A DNA stretch of 63,937 bases, counting the filler, from Bigelowiella natans CCMP2755 (lineage: Eukaryota > Protista > Cercozoa): assembly GCA_000320545.1 (NCBI GenBank). It is 8 parts of 8 records of this genome, joined end to end, with 100 filler letters (N's around TTAATTAATTAA, not from the genome) between each part and the next. Parts side by side here need not be neighbours in the genome. Positions count along the whole stretch, not along the records: positions 12,143 to 20,419 come from ADNK01000888.1; positions 20,520 to 38,621 come from ADNK01002767.1; 6 more parts are not named here. One strand, 5' to 3'. The notes below the pieces were generated by a model. It was given only the letters and a program-made list of their open reading frames with translations. It was not told the origin of the DNA and ran no database searches. Numbering within the stretch: position 1 is the first letter of the stretch; the number at the start of each line of letters is the position of its first letter. The position numbers were made by a program, and so were the translations under genes. This document shows positions 12,887 through 27,200 of the stretch, piece by piece.

Positions 12887-14022
12887 CGTAGCCGGTAAAG
12901 AAGTAGTCCAGCGGCTTATCACTAAATTGTTCAACTATCTCAGGCCCAGTGGTCTGCTGGTGGATCCAGGAATTCGCTTTCGTCTCAAACTGCTTCGGAT
13001 TGAACCACCCATGCTCCTCGGCGAGCTCCTGTGTGTGATGATACGATTGGCGAGATTTAAAATGGATGGAAATAACAAAGCCGAAAAGGAAACAAGGGTC
13101 ATGCCAAGGGCATGAGAATCCATGCTTTTTTTTATAGTCCATCGCGCATCATCATCACCCTCGCTTTGATGGTCATCCCGGTCCCCTTGTGCGCCGGGTT
13201 CGTGAGCACAACTTTGGCTCCAAGGAATCGCATCAGCTTACGCCGTTCGATCTGTCGATGTGTGTCGGGGGGGGGAGGGGGGGGGAGGGGGGAGGGGAGT
13301 AATGAGAAGGAACTAAACATTAACAAGATCATTTTGGCTCAGGGAGCGGGGAGGGGAGTAAATTTGTGATAAATTTCCTCAAATTTAAGTCAAATGAGCC
13401 AAAATGATCTTGTTAATGTTTAGTTCCTTCTCACAATTTTTCCTCCCCCTCTCCCTCACCCCCCCCCCGTCTCTCTCTGTGTGTGTACAGTATAAATCAC
13501 ATCAAATTGGTTGGGGTGGTACCGAGAATGACTCCGCCATAACGCACACAAACGGGTAGCCCTTCACAGCGCACACCATAGCAAGGGCAATTCCCGTGTT
13601 TCCGCTTGAAGCTTCCACAACAGTCTGCCCAGGCCTTCATGAGGACATAATAATACATAAAGGGGGGTGAGGGACAGGTAAGTCTCGCAGTATCTTCATT
13701 TTTTAGAGGAAACACCGATTTTCGAAAGGGTCATGCTTAACGGCAGTAAGTAGGCGCAACCAATAGGTAATCATACAATGGGACGACACCATATTCAAAA
13801 TTCGTGATTAGGCTGATCTCATGCAAGCTTACTTCAGCTCCCCGTGCTTCTCAGCCCACTCGATGCAACCCAGGGCCAGCCTATCTTTGACCGAGCTCAT
13901 GGGATTGAAAGCTTCGCACTTCACAAACACCTTAATGGCATGCACATACTTCCATTTAGCCTACACCATAAATGTAAGCATTTCCTCCGAACCTCCACAC
14001 AACTCTGACAGAGTACGTGCAC

Positions 14023-14067
<45 letters not shown>

Positions 14068-14533
14068 TGTGTGCACGTTTATGTGTACGTTCACAATAAT
14101 TGATTTATTCATGCGCGCGCATGTAGCCCATCCAAAGAGATTTTGGAACATTTAATATCACCTCGATCCCTTCAGGCGCCATTCTTTGCAATCTCACCAC
14201 CGGTGTCTTGCCAACGGTGGAGAGAATGCTCTCATGCTTGAGAGCAAGCGAGGGATTTGGGTTTTCTAGCTCTGTAGGGGAAGAGAGCACGTTGCTTCCA
14301 GATATTCCCATTCCCCGAGGGGTTCGACCGAAGTGGAAAGGACGCAGCCCCCCCTTCCATTGGCACCTGCGGCTTGAGAGGAACAGATTCCTTCGAAAGA
14401 TTGACGCAATAGATCTGGGGGACCGACGCCTATAATATGACGTCGTAGCTGAGTGTACGACCGACATTGGCAAAAATCTTGCCAACGGCTGGCGTGCTGG
14501 AAGAAGGGCACGAAGCAGGGGGGGGAGCAGCAA
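12491..14533 (-). CDS. cysK: Cysteine synthase (O-acetylserine (thiol)lyase, PLP-dependent) with an N-terminal organelle presequence; C-terminus not found (probably in the gap)
   Basis: Exons [13 protein letters not shown] / [17 protein letters not shown] / [18 protein letters not shown] / [17 protein letters not shown] / HQQTTGPEI / [10 protein letters not shown]. The first ~90 aa are R/S-rich. Confidence 0.92.
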
Positions 14534-15444
14534 ATACGATCTGTTTGTTGAGCCGCAGATCAGAATCGATATTTTCTTCTCTGGCTCTCTTTAACATAAG
14601 GTGTTTCAGTCCCTACGACAATGATTCTTCCTTGTCGCACCACAAAGTCACCAATTATCGCAACCCAAAACGGCATCAGTTCATACTCTTCTTGGACGCT
14701 CACGCAAACACACAGCCCCGACGTCTGTTTTCCCGGACAGCCCACAGAATCGCTCCTCCAGGGGCCAGACGGCCCGCAATCGATTATTATTAACAATCAC
14801 TTCCACGATGCGATGGGTCCACCGTGGTGCACGAGTCAAATCTAGAAATGGGGGCACTCGTCAGACACGATGGAACCGTTGTGATGAGCACTGTGAAATC
14901 ATGTTTGAGCAAGTGCAGATTGATCAAAACTGTGCAGCTCTGTCTATTAGTTTTCAGGTGTAGACATTCTCTATCAATGGAGGCAGACAGGAAGCTAGAT
15001 GATGGTCAGCGCAGCGCGCTTACATCGCAATTTTGATCGACGAGTTGGATGACACAATGCATGAGGTAGGTTGGTCCGTGTTTGCACATGCATGCTCTTG
15101 CTGGTGGAGCATATGCACCAGTTTTTCGATCGTGTACACACACGCGTGTAATTCTGCACGTGCATAGTAATGAGTAGCATGGATGCATGCGTGCACATGT
15201 ACGTATACCACATCCAATGCGCCATGAGGACGTGACAGCGCATGCCATGTATGACGGTGAATCTACGTGTTACATGTCGCTGTGCTGTGAGATAGATAGA
15301 TCATGTTTCAAAATTAGCTCAGTGATAAAAGTATCGTATATGCGTGGCTATGCATGTGTACATCATTACGAATGTAGCTTTGATGAGTGCCTTGCTATTG
15401 TACATGTGCACACGTGCAAATGCCTATACACTCCACCATGCGCG

Positions 15445-15476
<32 letters not shown>

Positions 15477-15637
15477 ATTATACAATCTATCTATCTATCT
15501 CTATCTCATTGGCTAGCTACACTAGCCAACAAAGTGATGCGTTTAGAAATGGGCTGGTTCGGGGTATCTTCCAATAAATCAACACAAGGTGTAGAGTAGA
15601 ATCGGTCACATCTTTCATTATCGCTCCTATGACTGTT

Positions 15638-17842
15638 TCAGCTCTTCTCCTCTTCCCCCACCCCCTTCTTACCTTTTCTGGACAATGATGATGTGTTTTC
15701 CCGCACATCATTAACGAAATTCAATGGTTGCGACGGTAGAATCACCGCCTCCAACAGTTCATCAGCATACCCACCTAGTAAGACAAGCAACGGCAGCGAA
15801 TTAGATGAATTTCGATAATGGTTTCATCCCTTTGATTTACTCCCCTCTCTCCTCCTCCCCCTCCTCCTTCTTTTTCTTCTCTGTCATTGACCCGATCTAT
15901 CGCAGATGATCCTGTATCCCTTCGCAGTCACCTCACGGTAGCCATGGTGCCCGCTTACCAAGTAAGCCCCTGCCGGCAGCTTGTCCTGTGTGTTCGGCGT
16001 CAACGATGGTGAGGAAAAGGCATCCCACAGTTTGTAAGGGGGATGATAAATGACGAGAGTTAAAGGCACATCACAGAAATTCATGAAAAATGGGAACAAA
16101 ATGCAAATGATATTGGGTACCCTAACCACGGTGCTCATCTACCTTGTTATTGCTCTTCAGCTCTGGATGGAGGGCCGTCACCTAAGAGAAGAGGTGAAAA
16201 GGTGAGCAGGGGGAGGAGGAGGGGAGAGAACAGATAAAAGCGTGTGAAATCAAATGTAGGTGCTTTCTAACGGGTGTCTCCATCATTGCATATCGAAACA
16301 ATTTTGCAATCCATGGTCGAGATCGTTGCTTTATATCTTTCTCCTATTTTGCTTCCTCCCCTCCCTCCTCTTTATTCATCATTATCATCATCGCTGCCGT
16401 CGTAGACCCACCGCGTCTCGTGCAGAGAAGGAAAAGTACCTACAAGTCCCGCACATCCCGTGCCCCCCCACCACATGTACTCAGGTCAATAATCTGAACC
16501 CTACAAGGACGACGACACTAGCAACATACTTACTAGACATCGCTGCAGCAATACAACACGAATGGACGCAGCATCGATGATTCGGATCGCTGCTGCACAT
16601 TCATCTTCTTCCTCCTCTTCTCCTACTCCTAAAATGTCTCCTCCTTCAGTAATCATCAGCATCATCATCACCTTCCCTTTTTCTCTAAGAGAGCCTCGTT
16701 GAATAGCTGCCGTTTTTTAAGCCCCTCCAGCTGGTCTTTCAGGGAGCCCTTGGCGTTCAGCTAATCACCACACACCACCATAATCACCGGGGAATTCGTG
16801 CTCGTGTTGATGCATTCATTCACTGCGAAGTGAGGTAGGTACCCCGGCGTGACAAGCAATCAAACGCCCAGGCCCGAATCCTGAGCAGATGGTGCGGAGG
16901 ACGTATCGATCACGACATCAGCAACACCCCTATGCAGTGCAGCGCGAGTGCATAATTTATAACAATGACGTCTGGCCATGTACTCTTCTCGAGGGATGAG
17001 GAGAAATGGCCGATATGATGGTGGTGGCGGCGGCGGTTGTGAAAACGGTATTTAACAAAACATAACGAATTGAAAATATTAGCGATTCGAAGCAATAGCA
17101 ATTCAAGGCGTGATGTTTAAAGTTCTGGAATGTAGTCGTTGTTATTGTCGTTGTTGTTATCGGTTGGCGGGACCAATCTCTATGTCGCACACCCAGTCGA
17201 GGCTCTTCAGAAAGAGCTTGTGCGCCTCAGGAACCTGTGTTAGGGTGCATACGCACGTGAATCGTAGTACCTCCGCGCGGAGAACGAACGAGATTGTCAA
17301 AGAACTCTTCTTGGGAATTAAGGAATACCGCAGCGATAAAAGCCTCTCGATGTTTTGTCGTAAATCCTGTGATTGCAGCAACGGTAATTGGCGATGGCCA
17401 TGCGGACAACTTGATAAAAATCACACGCGACGGCGCTTTGCTGCTAATGATTACCCCACTTGACTCCATACGAACTGAACGTTGAATCTGCGTTGTAGAT
17501 CGAGCAGCCTCCCCACCGACGGCCCTGGTAGTGCATGCCTCCCTCCACCTGGCGAGAGCATGATGGTAGAGGTGATGATGATGAAGATGACGAAGAAGAT
17601 GGTGAATGATGGGCATTGTACTCGGCGCAGCTCTTTGTAAAGGAATGCACAAGTTAGCTACAAATTAGAAGCGGGAGGGAGGGGGAGAAGGAGAATGGGG
17701 GGAGGAGTAGAGGAGGAGGAGGAGGAGAAGGAGGAAGGGATGATGTGGAAAGAGGCCTCTACCTTGTGCTTGAAGTGACCAGAGGTATATCCTGGATTAG
17801 TGTTTGAGTCCATATCCTCTCCCTTGTAGAGAAGAAGAGGAC

Positions 17843-17877
<35 letters not shown>

Positions 17878-17939
17878 AGGATAAGGAGATGAACGAGGAG
17901 AAGGAAGGAAAGAGAAAACAAGAAACAAAATCTCCTTGT

Positions 17940-17980
<41 letters not shown>

Positions 17981-18815
17981 TCATGTCTGGAAAAGACTCT
18001 CAGTCGTCGTTTTATAAATCTAGGTGAAACGGGCACCTTGATCTTACTATCGTCGGAAGGAAGCCATTCGGTGCCGAGGTATGCAGCCTGGGTTTTGATG
18101 GAGGGTTGATGCGGAGCATTAGCGTATGACCCAGTGTGTAACATGGACGTGTGCCACATCGTCTCATCGCAACATAGGCCGCCATTTCCCCCCCATTTCA
18201 CTAGTACTGCTCACCATGGAGAAGTCGTGATTCCCGCATAGAAAGTAGGTGGTTGCTCCGGAGGCATCTCTCTTCTTTTTGAGGTCAATTAGCCATGAGA
18301 TCACGCCTTTGGTGTCCGGACTGGCATATCGACGTACATAAAATATCGACACGGAAATATCGGCACAAACCACCCCTCAGTCAACCCATCTCAACCAGCA
18401 GCAAGCTTCTCTCCCGTAGAGTTCAGATTGTTACCATTATTATTACCCCCTGTCACAATAGTCTCCGAGGAAAATAACCTTGCACGTTAGCAAATATTTC
18501 AAGACAAATAGGTTTGTTTGTCAGTCGTAGTCGAAGTCGTCGTCATCGTTACTCTGACTATATGTGCCTCTCGCATTTTCTTTATGTCGATGGTGTCTTC
18601 AGTGCTGTGCTTCCCGTGTTCGCAAGTGTATTATTGACCGTAGCTTTCTTCAGCCCTTCCTTGCCTAACTGATCCTGCAAATTAGCCCATAGATTTGTGA
18701 TCTTATCGATATTTCCATGGAGATCTCCTATGCAGACCACGCGCTTTGCCAGTGAGGAGCTGGGGCACCGCGATTGCTCCTTATCATCAGATGAATGGTT
18801 AGGATGGCCAGTGGG
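15638..18815 (-). CDS. Rhizobiale-like (RLPH) metallophosphoesterase / protein phosphatase, multi-exon; first exon not resolved
   Basis: RVVCIGDLHG, FLGDYCDRG, FLCGNHD, MHYQGRRW, VPEAHKLFL, VSGHHG, RIICDRSGG motifs across exons. Confidence 0.8.
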
Positions 18816-19292
18816 CTAAGCACCGTGATCGTACACACAGAGCAGGCCCCGCAACGCTTCCCCCCTACCCTCATAGCCTAGCTTGTGAGCCATCCACAGT
18901 GGCATCAGAACAAGGCATTCACGCTACATTTAAAGAAGAGGCTCAGGTAGGGTGGGGCAGGGGACGCAATACACAACCAGCATGCTGTGGTGATCTGAAT
19001 TGTGGGACACCAGCCGGGTGGTACGGTATGCACAGTGAGAAACTGGGCCAAAAACCGCCTGGCTTTTTCGCGTAGCGCGTTTCGATTTCGGGCGAGAATT
19101 TGCAAAGAATGAGCTGAAGGGGATCTTTTTGAACCCATTTTTATCAGTTGTCGCAAGGGTAAATTCGGTGCGAATTCCACTCAGACCGACCTCGGGAGCA
19201 GCAGACCACGTGCCCTGCTGCTGCTGTCTGTCTGCATCGTCGGTCAAGAAGGTGGAGCTACTAATTACCCGGCCGGGGAGGCAGACAAAGGA

Positions 19293-20254
19293 ATGGATCC
19301 CATGAAGGAGATCGGGGCCGGAACGTTAGCCGGCATCGCACAGGTATTGATATATGTTGTTGGCCGCTCAGAGCAGGCTGTACCTGACTCTCACAGACAC
19401 GACGAAGTGATATCGATTCCGCGTCCTCCTCATCCAACTTCGCCGTGCCCCTTCCTTCCTGTGCTGTTTTGGGGAAGGTCGCGGTCGGACACCCATTTGA
19501 CACGGTGAAAGTACGGCTGCAATGCCAGGTAGAAGATGCTGCTTGAGCGATCTCTCTGTCTGCGTGGCATGCTTGTTTCCGAATACGCCTTGAAGAATTA
19601 ATTATTCTCAATGCATATGGATGGCAGAGACCGAACGACATCGTGTTCAACGGAACGTTGGACTGCGCGCAGAAAACGTTTAGGTCTCATGAGTCCGACT
19701 AATATATTCTTACGTAAGCATGAATCTCTGCTATTCCAAATCTCCTCCTCCTCATTCTCTCCCCTTTCACAGGCACGAGGGAATTAGGGGGCTTTACAAG
19801 GGAGCGTGGTCACCACTCGTGGGAGCGATGTTTCAGGTTGTCGTCATCCTCATCGTAGACGCTGTCTCGTTATTCCCGTCCCGCGCTCACCCAGATCAAA
19901 GCAAGTGCAGGATTCTTTCTGTTTTTGTTGCGGGTTTCTGTCGTCGTCGTCGTCGTCGTCATCACCATGGTTCTCAAATTCTCTTTCTATCTATCGCCGC
20001 TACCGTCGCCGTCGTCGCCGTCGTCGATCTTCACAGAATGCCGCCGGTTTCTTCTTCTTCGCCTCGTCGAAGCAGATTGTGCGCTCCTGCTACCGACTTG
20101 AGGTGATATGAAGAGAGGGGAGGGAGTGAGGGAAGTTGGAGAGGAGAAGATGACCGAAAACGGAGTAATGCGCTGTCTACTTTGTCTCTTCCTTACTCTA
20201 CTTCTATCACTAGGATGCTGCGAAACTTGACAAGGCACAGACATTCATCGCAGC
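19293..20254 (+). CDS. Mitochondrial carrier (SLC25; carnitine/ornithine-carrier-like), truncated by the gap
   Basis: Spliced AGTLAGIAQ-VAVGHPFDTVKVRLQ ... GTLDCAQKTF-RHEGIRGLYKG; contains the PX[DE]XX[KR] signature. Confidence 0.88.
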
Positions 20255-20520
20255 GTAAGGAGCACGTATATCACAGTTGTCCACAGCCTTCTTCGCCCCC
20301 CCCCCCCCCCCCCCCCCACCTATAGCACCAACTGTAGTCACCACCCAACTCTCGAAGAGATTCACGGAGTCGTACCGGAGAAAGAATCGAAACTTCTTCC
20401 GAAAATATCATTAAATCACNNNNNNNNNNNNNNNNNNNNNNNNNNNNNNNNNNNNNNNNNNNNTTAATTAATTAANNNNNNNNNNNNNNNNNNNNNNNNN
20501 NNNNNNNNNNNNNNNNNNNG

Positions 20521-20883
20521 TTGACTCATGGATGCTGTGCACGGCTCTCTTCAGCCACTGGAAAAATATCCTCGTAAGCTCGTCCTCGTCCCGAGTAGCT
20601 TTCGTGGCCCTTCTCATCCCGCATGTCGCCATCCTCGTCGTCATCGTCATAGTTATCCGAGGGAGGAAAGGGGGGTGGCGCTCGGGGGAGAAGTGAGATT
20701 TATTCAATGTTATAGTATAATAAGTATAGGAGAGGGGGTGGTGGGGGGGAAAGATAATACACCAAAGAGACAGAATCTAAGTCGCATTGACTGGGGAGAG
20801 AATCAAATTACTCCTATTGCCAGTGCCACCACCGCCCCTCGTGCTATTTAATCCACATACCTGATCAGGCCGAGATTCCGCAT
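20521..20883 (-). CDS. Possible 5' exons of a hypothetical gene running into the gap
   Basis: ATG at 20883 with a GTATGT donor, and an open exon RATKATRDEDELTRIFFQWLKRAVHSIHES. Confidence 0.3.
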
Positions 20884-21041
20884 TGGCCCTGACCTTTTTC
20901 CCTTGTCTCCTACGAGCTCTCTCCCTGTCAAATGAGAACCAAAAGGCCGAAGAAGGCGCCACAAATCGAGGAAAAATGAGCGCAATCGCTAGGTGTTTCA
21001 GCTTGAATGCATCGAAAAATCTTATAGACAATCCTACAAGA

Positions 21042-21342
21042 CTATATCTTCCTGCAGCTTGTTTGCCGCAATGTATAAGGCCACTGTTGGGGCGATGTGA
21101 AGTGCGTTTTTGTTGTGAGTTATGAGCTCCGTGCGTGTAGCCCGAAAGATGTTCTCTTGCTACTACACAGGCTTCTGAGACCGAGCAGATTTATGGACGC
21201 ACCACATGAGGAGAAGGTTATCGAAGTTTTTATTTTCCAGCACGTCTTTTCGCAGCTGCATCAACTATTTTATTTGGGGTCATATAAGTTGGAGGAAGAG
21301 GAGTAAGGGGGAGAGTGCCGTGAGCTGAATGTAGCTACGAAA

Positions 21343-21395
<53 letters not shown>

Positions 21396-22061
21396 CTAAA
21401 TTCTGACTTCTGATATAGCATTACGCCTTAAGCATACAGCACTTCAATGCATGCATCATACCCGTTTTGTAGTAAGCTCTATACTGCCGTCCTCGGCTTC
21501 ACACTGGAAGTCCTCCTCCATCACCTCGTGCAGGAAGCTTTCAACCTTTGAAGACGAGGAGTAGCGATGATTTTGGTATCAGTATATATGTTTATGCACG
21601 CACTCGTCATTTCGCTCCGTTGCATATTGACATGATCGCGCGTGTAAATTCTCACTTTTGTTGTCGTTCTAATACAGCTATCGGACGATCGTTACTGCTA
21701 CCTCGCCATACTTGACAGGTTTCTTTGATTTGGTAAACCAGCTGCATAAATCTTGGTACATATAATCCGCACGTATCTGCGAGTCGGGCCCTCCCCAGCT
21801 ACCAAGTTGGACCCGAGCGTGCATAATCGACAACAGAGAGAACTTCAGGAATCGGCTCGGAGGATGTGTGCATTAGTGCTACCTCTGCTCAAGCGCAAGC
21901 GTGAACGTGCTCCATTCGTCTAGAATGTATCGAATCCCAATCTCAATTGCCGTCGCAGGTTTGTTTGCCCATGACGCCAACATCTGCTTCTCCTCTGAGC
22001 TTTGAGGTTCATCTGGATCAAACACTTTTGGTGAGTTTTCGGAACGGATGAAGCGCGACAT
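21042..22061 (-). CDS. TSR2: Pre-rRNA processing protein TSR2 (WGG domain); 3' end approximate
   Basis: IGIRYILDEWSTFTLALEQ-SWGGPDS ... VESFLHEVMEEDFQCEAEDGS matches the TSR2 pattern. Confidence 0.8.
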
Positions 22062-22570
22062 TTAAGGCGGCGGGGGGTAACCAATTCACGGTAGTTGACA
22101 ATATATATATCGGTAATGTAGATCGACCTCCATGGGGGGGGCTCAATATTTAGGGAGGGGAAAACAAAGGGGGAAGGAAAAGCAAGCACGTTCCAGACCC
22201 ATCCCGGCGATATGAAGAGGTTCGAAATTTGGCCGATTTGTCATAATATCTTCGTTTTGTCCTTGTCGCAGATCATTTTTGTCAGGTCATTAGGCCTATG
22301 TCGAAGAGGATCTCCCCAAGTCAAAATATTACCCTGAGAACATCTATCATTCCATGAATTGAATGAACAGAGGCAAAAATAATTTTATTTCATGAATGAT
22401 AATCTGTTGTCCAGAAAATATATATTTCATATACAAAACTTCCTAAAAATATTATCTAAAATGAATTTGATCGACACCTAATCGAGCGATCGAGCCGAAC
22501 GTCGCCTGAGATCCCATAAACCGAATCCTCCCCCCCTCTGCCACAACCACCTCTCGTTGAAGGCAATAGA

Positions 22571-25500
22571 ATGGACCCACCCTCGCTAAAATCTATAGCT
22601 GCGAGCGCTGTGGTCGCGTCCGCTTTACTCAGGCTTCTGAGAAAGGCAGGTCAAGCCCAGCGCGAGGAGAAGGACATGTCTGGGATTGAGCTTATGATTG
22701 CTAGGAATAAAAAGATGGTTTCGAAAGAGAGGTTAGTTCGCCGTTGGCTTTGATATTTGCTTTCCCTGAAGAAAAAGAACGAATGTTCCAACGATGGGTC
22801 GCCATAAAGCCCTTTTATACCCCCCCCCCCCCTTCCTTCGCCAGTTGAAATTCTTTTTAAATATTCAAAAAGTATTCTAGATCTTGGACTCGCCTCTTCT
22901 TTTTTATATTTTTATTTCGAATTTCCCACCTTCGTCCTACAGCAAAGGGGAAAGTGTTGCCTCGAAGTTTCGCGCCACCATCAATAAACTGCGAGCTTTT
23001 TAGCCCTGTCTTCCATTCCACCTGGGGCTGGGCGGCATGCACGTAGCATCAATACAACGATGAAGTAGATGACGAGCCGTTTCATATTTTTATTTTTCCT
23101 CGTTCGTAAGCGAGGCAAATGGTCAAGGATTTAAGCCCAGAAAGTCGGATGTGTTCATAACGACATACGCCAAGGTCTGTGAACACGAGCCGCCATATAA
23201 TTCGTCGCGAACGCCTTGTTACTCGTGCCCCCCCTGTCTTCGTAAAATGCGACCTGAAATTTTGCCCGCCGCCAACTGCGTAGTGCGGTACGACTTGGAC
23301 CATGCAAATCGTACATCAACTCCGCTCAGGAGGCGACATGGATTTTGAAGAGGTGGGATTCGATTGCTTCCTTCACATGCCGTTTAGATATAGTGGTAGC
23401 AGTATACCGTAGAAGTAAACACTACAGCTCGAAACCGCCCGTTAAACTACAATAGTTGTTGTGCATAGAGCATATTTTGAAGGCATTCCTAGCAAACCGT
23501 TAACTGATTGCTGCTAGAAAGTGTACTCTTTACGTTTCCTGAGATCCTTGTTCTGTCTCTTTGGTTTGGGTTCTTCATGCCGATGGTTCTTACAGATAAC
23601 GGAAGTTATTCCCTGGGATGTGCTGGCGCTTGATTGTAAGCAAGATCTTAACAGTGAGCAGAAGTACTTCCCACGGTAGTGTCGAAGCAAAAGCACAACG
23701 ACGACCGAAAAGAGTGTTTGGTGTTGTTGAACCGGACTCATGACGCTCAGGCGGAAGATCCACTGCATACTCTGTTTTTTCTTTCCCAAAACGCCCCGCC
23801 ATTTCTCTAAAGCGAGGGCAAACCCAGAAACAAACAAAACATTTTTTTCCAAACCGAAGACACCTCGGGTGTCAGCAGACACATGGGGGCCGAGGTCAGC
23901 GACTGATTCGTTGGTATGCTGTGTTTTGCAGGTGCTTCAAGTCTCATGAGCAGTACCAGCACATCGCCAAGGGCGGAAGATACATCTACATAGCCCGAAA
24001 CCCGTTGAACGCTATGCTATCGTTCTTCAAGTTCCTTCCGCAGTGGATGTGGGTGCCGCAGGTGTGTGTCTTAGCGGCTAGCACTCCTCGCCCGAAGCAC
24101 CCCCAATATCAGCTCGCTTTCTAAGGCAAATGGAAATGACGATGGCCACGACGATGACGATGATGACGACGGTGATACTCTCTCCATGAACGACGATGTG
24201 GCGTGTTGTGTTTTGCTTTGTTGGTAATATGCAGGGCTCCGTAACGATTGAGGAATTCGTCGATGCCATTTTTGCCGGTGCATCAAACTCAGGCCAGATC
24301 TGGAGTCACTTCCTAGGATGGTACTGCCGCTGCGAAAGCACACATGAATAGCTAGTAATTATTGAATTGCGCCGCACAACAACGGTTGGAAGAGGAGTAG
24401 TAGGAGGAGGGGCATGAGCGTTGAGCTGCCGTTGAAGCATTCTAAGAATTTCAATAGCGGCCATTTCGATAAGGAGCACACACATCCGAGCAATGCACCA
24501 TTAGCAGATTCGAGTATATGCATGCAAACGCAACGGTTTTGTCGCTGTGCTGGCCTTGTGCAGCGAGCGGGTCATCGTCACCGGTGTTGTTCTCTCCACG
24601 CTACTCTCATTTTCCAAAGATTCTCCCTTTGGCATTGCGGTTACCTGTTTTATCTCAAAACACAGTGTAGCTCGCCTCACCTCATTATCCAACGTCGCGC
24701 CCCATCCAACCCTGCGACAAACAAAATCAGGTACGAGCACCGCAAAGACCCCAACGTCCTTTGGCTATTCTTTGAAGATCTCAAGGTGCGTACGCTGGTG
24801 GTTGGCGCGTTGGTAAAAAAGCTGATAACGGATGATCGGTGATGTGGGGCGGTGAGTCGCAAGCGATGAAATGCCCTTCATTCTCTCAGCGGGACTTGAG
24901 GAGTAGCGTGCTCCGTATCGCCAAGTTTCTTGATATGCAGCCTACCGAAGGTACACGAGCCGACTATGTTACTACTGTATTTTGCAGTTTTATTTTTATC
25001 TAGTGGGGAGAGGAGTAACCTGAAATAAAAGTCTGAGAACTGCCTCATATTCACTGCGTGTTTAAACGTCCAATTGTACTGGGGATTACTGGCTCCCCAC
25101 TTTACATTCGTCCGACTTAGCAGCTCCGTTTCATGCCCTTATTCGATATTCTGCGCTGTCGTGTTTTGCTCGCTATCGTGCTTCATAGAGCTGGTTACGA
25201 AGGTGTGTCACATGTCGCACCACAGCTACATGAAAGACAGACAAGTCAAATTTGACGATCATTTCGTCTTCGATCACGTAAGTAACAGCACCCGTGCAGG
25301 AGAGCATGTAGTAGTTGATGATATAACGTTTTAAGGGATTAAACGAATAGAATTTGTAAAATACGGTTTAACATTTAATCCTATTATCGATTATACAACG
25401 CCACTGAGCACCGTCGCCCCTCCCCCACCTTTGGCTGAAAGTTGTCATCTTTGTGAGCAGGTCAAAGCTCAAATCGGGTTGGAAGGCTACAAGCACCGTG

Positions 25501-25677
25501 CGACGAAAGTCAGGAAATCAGGAGGAAAAGTGGGGGAGGGGAAGGTATAGCACATAGACTTTGTATTGAACTAATAAGATGGACTAAATCTTGCCAACGA
25601 TAAGATTTATATATATATACATATGCTTAACCGTTCGCCTAATCATCAAATTCGCATTTATGCATGTACCTTTATAC

Positions 25678-25718
<41 letters not shown>

Positions 25719-25966
25719 GTGTGTGTGTGTGTGTGTGCGTAGTTATATGTTGTATGCTTGCTGAGCACCTTGTAGAAATGCTCTAATTTGCGCATAATCG
25801 AAATAAATAGGCAGCACTTTCCGAGCCTATCTTAAAGAGGCTGAGAGAAAAGTGGGAGAGTATCATCGAATCAAAGACGAAGCTTAAAACCTACGAAGAG
25901 CTCTGTGAGGACGTTAGAAAGTCTCTCCCGGAATACTATGACACAAAGTACTCGTCCAATCAATGA
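22571..25966 (+). CDS. PAPS-dependent sulfotransferase (Sulfotransfer_1), many exons
   Basis: SDVFITTYAK-CGTTW (5'-PSB loop), RCFKSH, YIYIARNP (3'-PB), NVLWLFFEDLK, KVRKSGGKVGEG; stop at 25964-25966. Confidence 0.9.
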
Positions 25967-27200
25967 ACGTGCTGACGATGGCGAGAAATGCCGATCATCC
26001 GTCCTACCAATAGAAGCTAGAGGAGCAAATCTTTTGACAATGTTTCCTTTTCGGCTTATCGAGAGCTGATATGTATTTCTGAAATTCGTCGATGTATGGG
26101 GGTTCCGCTTTGTTGCATGGTTGCATGTTAAAATCCAGCGACGATTGGAAATGAAGCATGACATATTTCTTCGTCGAGTCGTTGTGTTTTTAGTGAAAAT
26201 GTGACGTTACATTTGCGTGCTCTCTCACGGCTACATCCCTTGCCAATTTAGGAAACTGGCTGCTCACTTTAAGCATATCAAGATCGAAAGTTAAAGACTA
26301 TTGGCAGTGTGAAAGGGCCCAACTAACCACTCGATGCTACACATTATTAGTATTGGAGATCTACCAAACAAGGAATTGACATGATACTTATTTGTGGAGA
26401 TCATTGCATAACCTCCACATAGGACACCATATCATACTTTTCAGCTCGTATTATCAGCAAAAAAATTAAATTCGCAATATCTTGATGATCCGAAAACGCT
26501 GCTTACGGCTGATGTTTGCTTCACACATGCCCACTTAGTGACAAAATCGCATCTCATTGCCAATTGTGGAATGTGCATGCCATGCTAGCATGCCTCGCCC
26601 ATGCACACGTGCACGAGGTGCTTGTTTTCTGAGAGGCAACGATGATTCTGCTTGTCTGGCGCGCTCATTGCATTGATGTGCAAGTTGGCAAAGCAAAGTT
26701 TCCTTCGTCTTTATCTATTTGGCCGTGAAAAGGGCATGCGCACGTGTGTAGGTTCAACACAAGCTGTACTGATAGTACGTACGTAGCAAGCAACGAAATT
26801 TGCAATGTCATAACTAGTAAGACACAAAGTATATATAGTATGATTATTAGTTACTCTAACCATACTAGCATGTGCAATTGTTACAATAATAAACAAAGCG
26901 AATTGACAAGGTCCATGCCTGCTTTTCATGCCTACACATTTGCGCCCATGAAGCACATGCATCTAGCGAGCCGTGCGAGCACTTCAAACAATGTAGCAAT
27001 TGATGTATGTGAACAGCTTTTGTGCATTTCGCTGTTTCATTGCGCATGCTACGCTCCTACATGACACAGCGACTCAGACTCAACAAACAACTGACGGCCA
27101 TCATGGATCGCTACGATGAAACTGCGCGCCTCTCAAACGCAAAAAAAACAAATCGTGCAGCTGCGCGCAATGCACGACATGCTAGACCAAATCGCAATGC

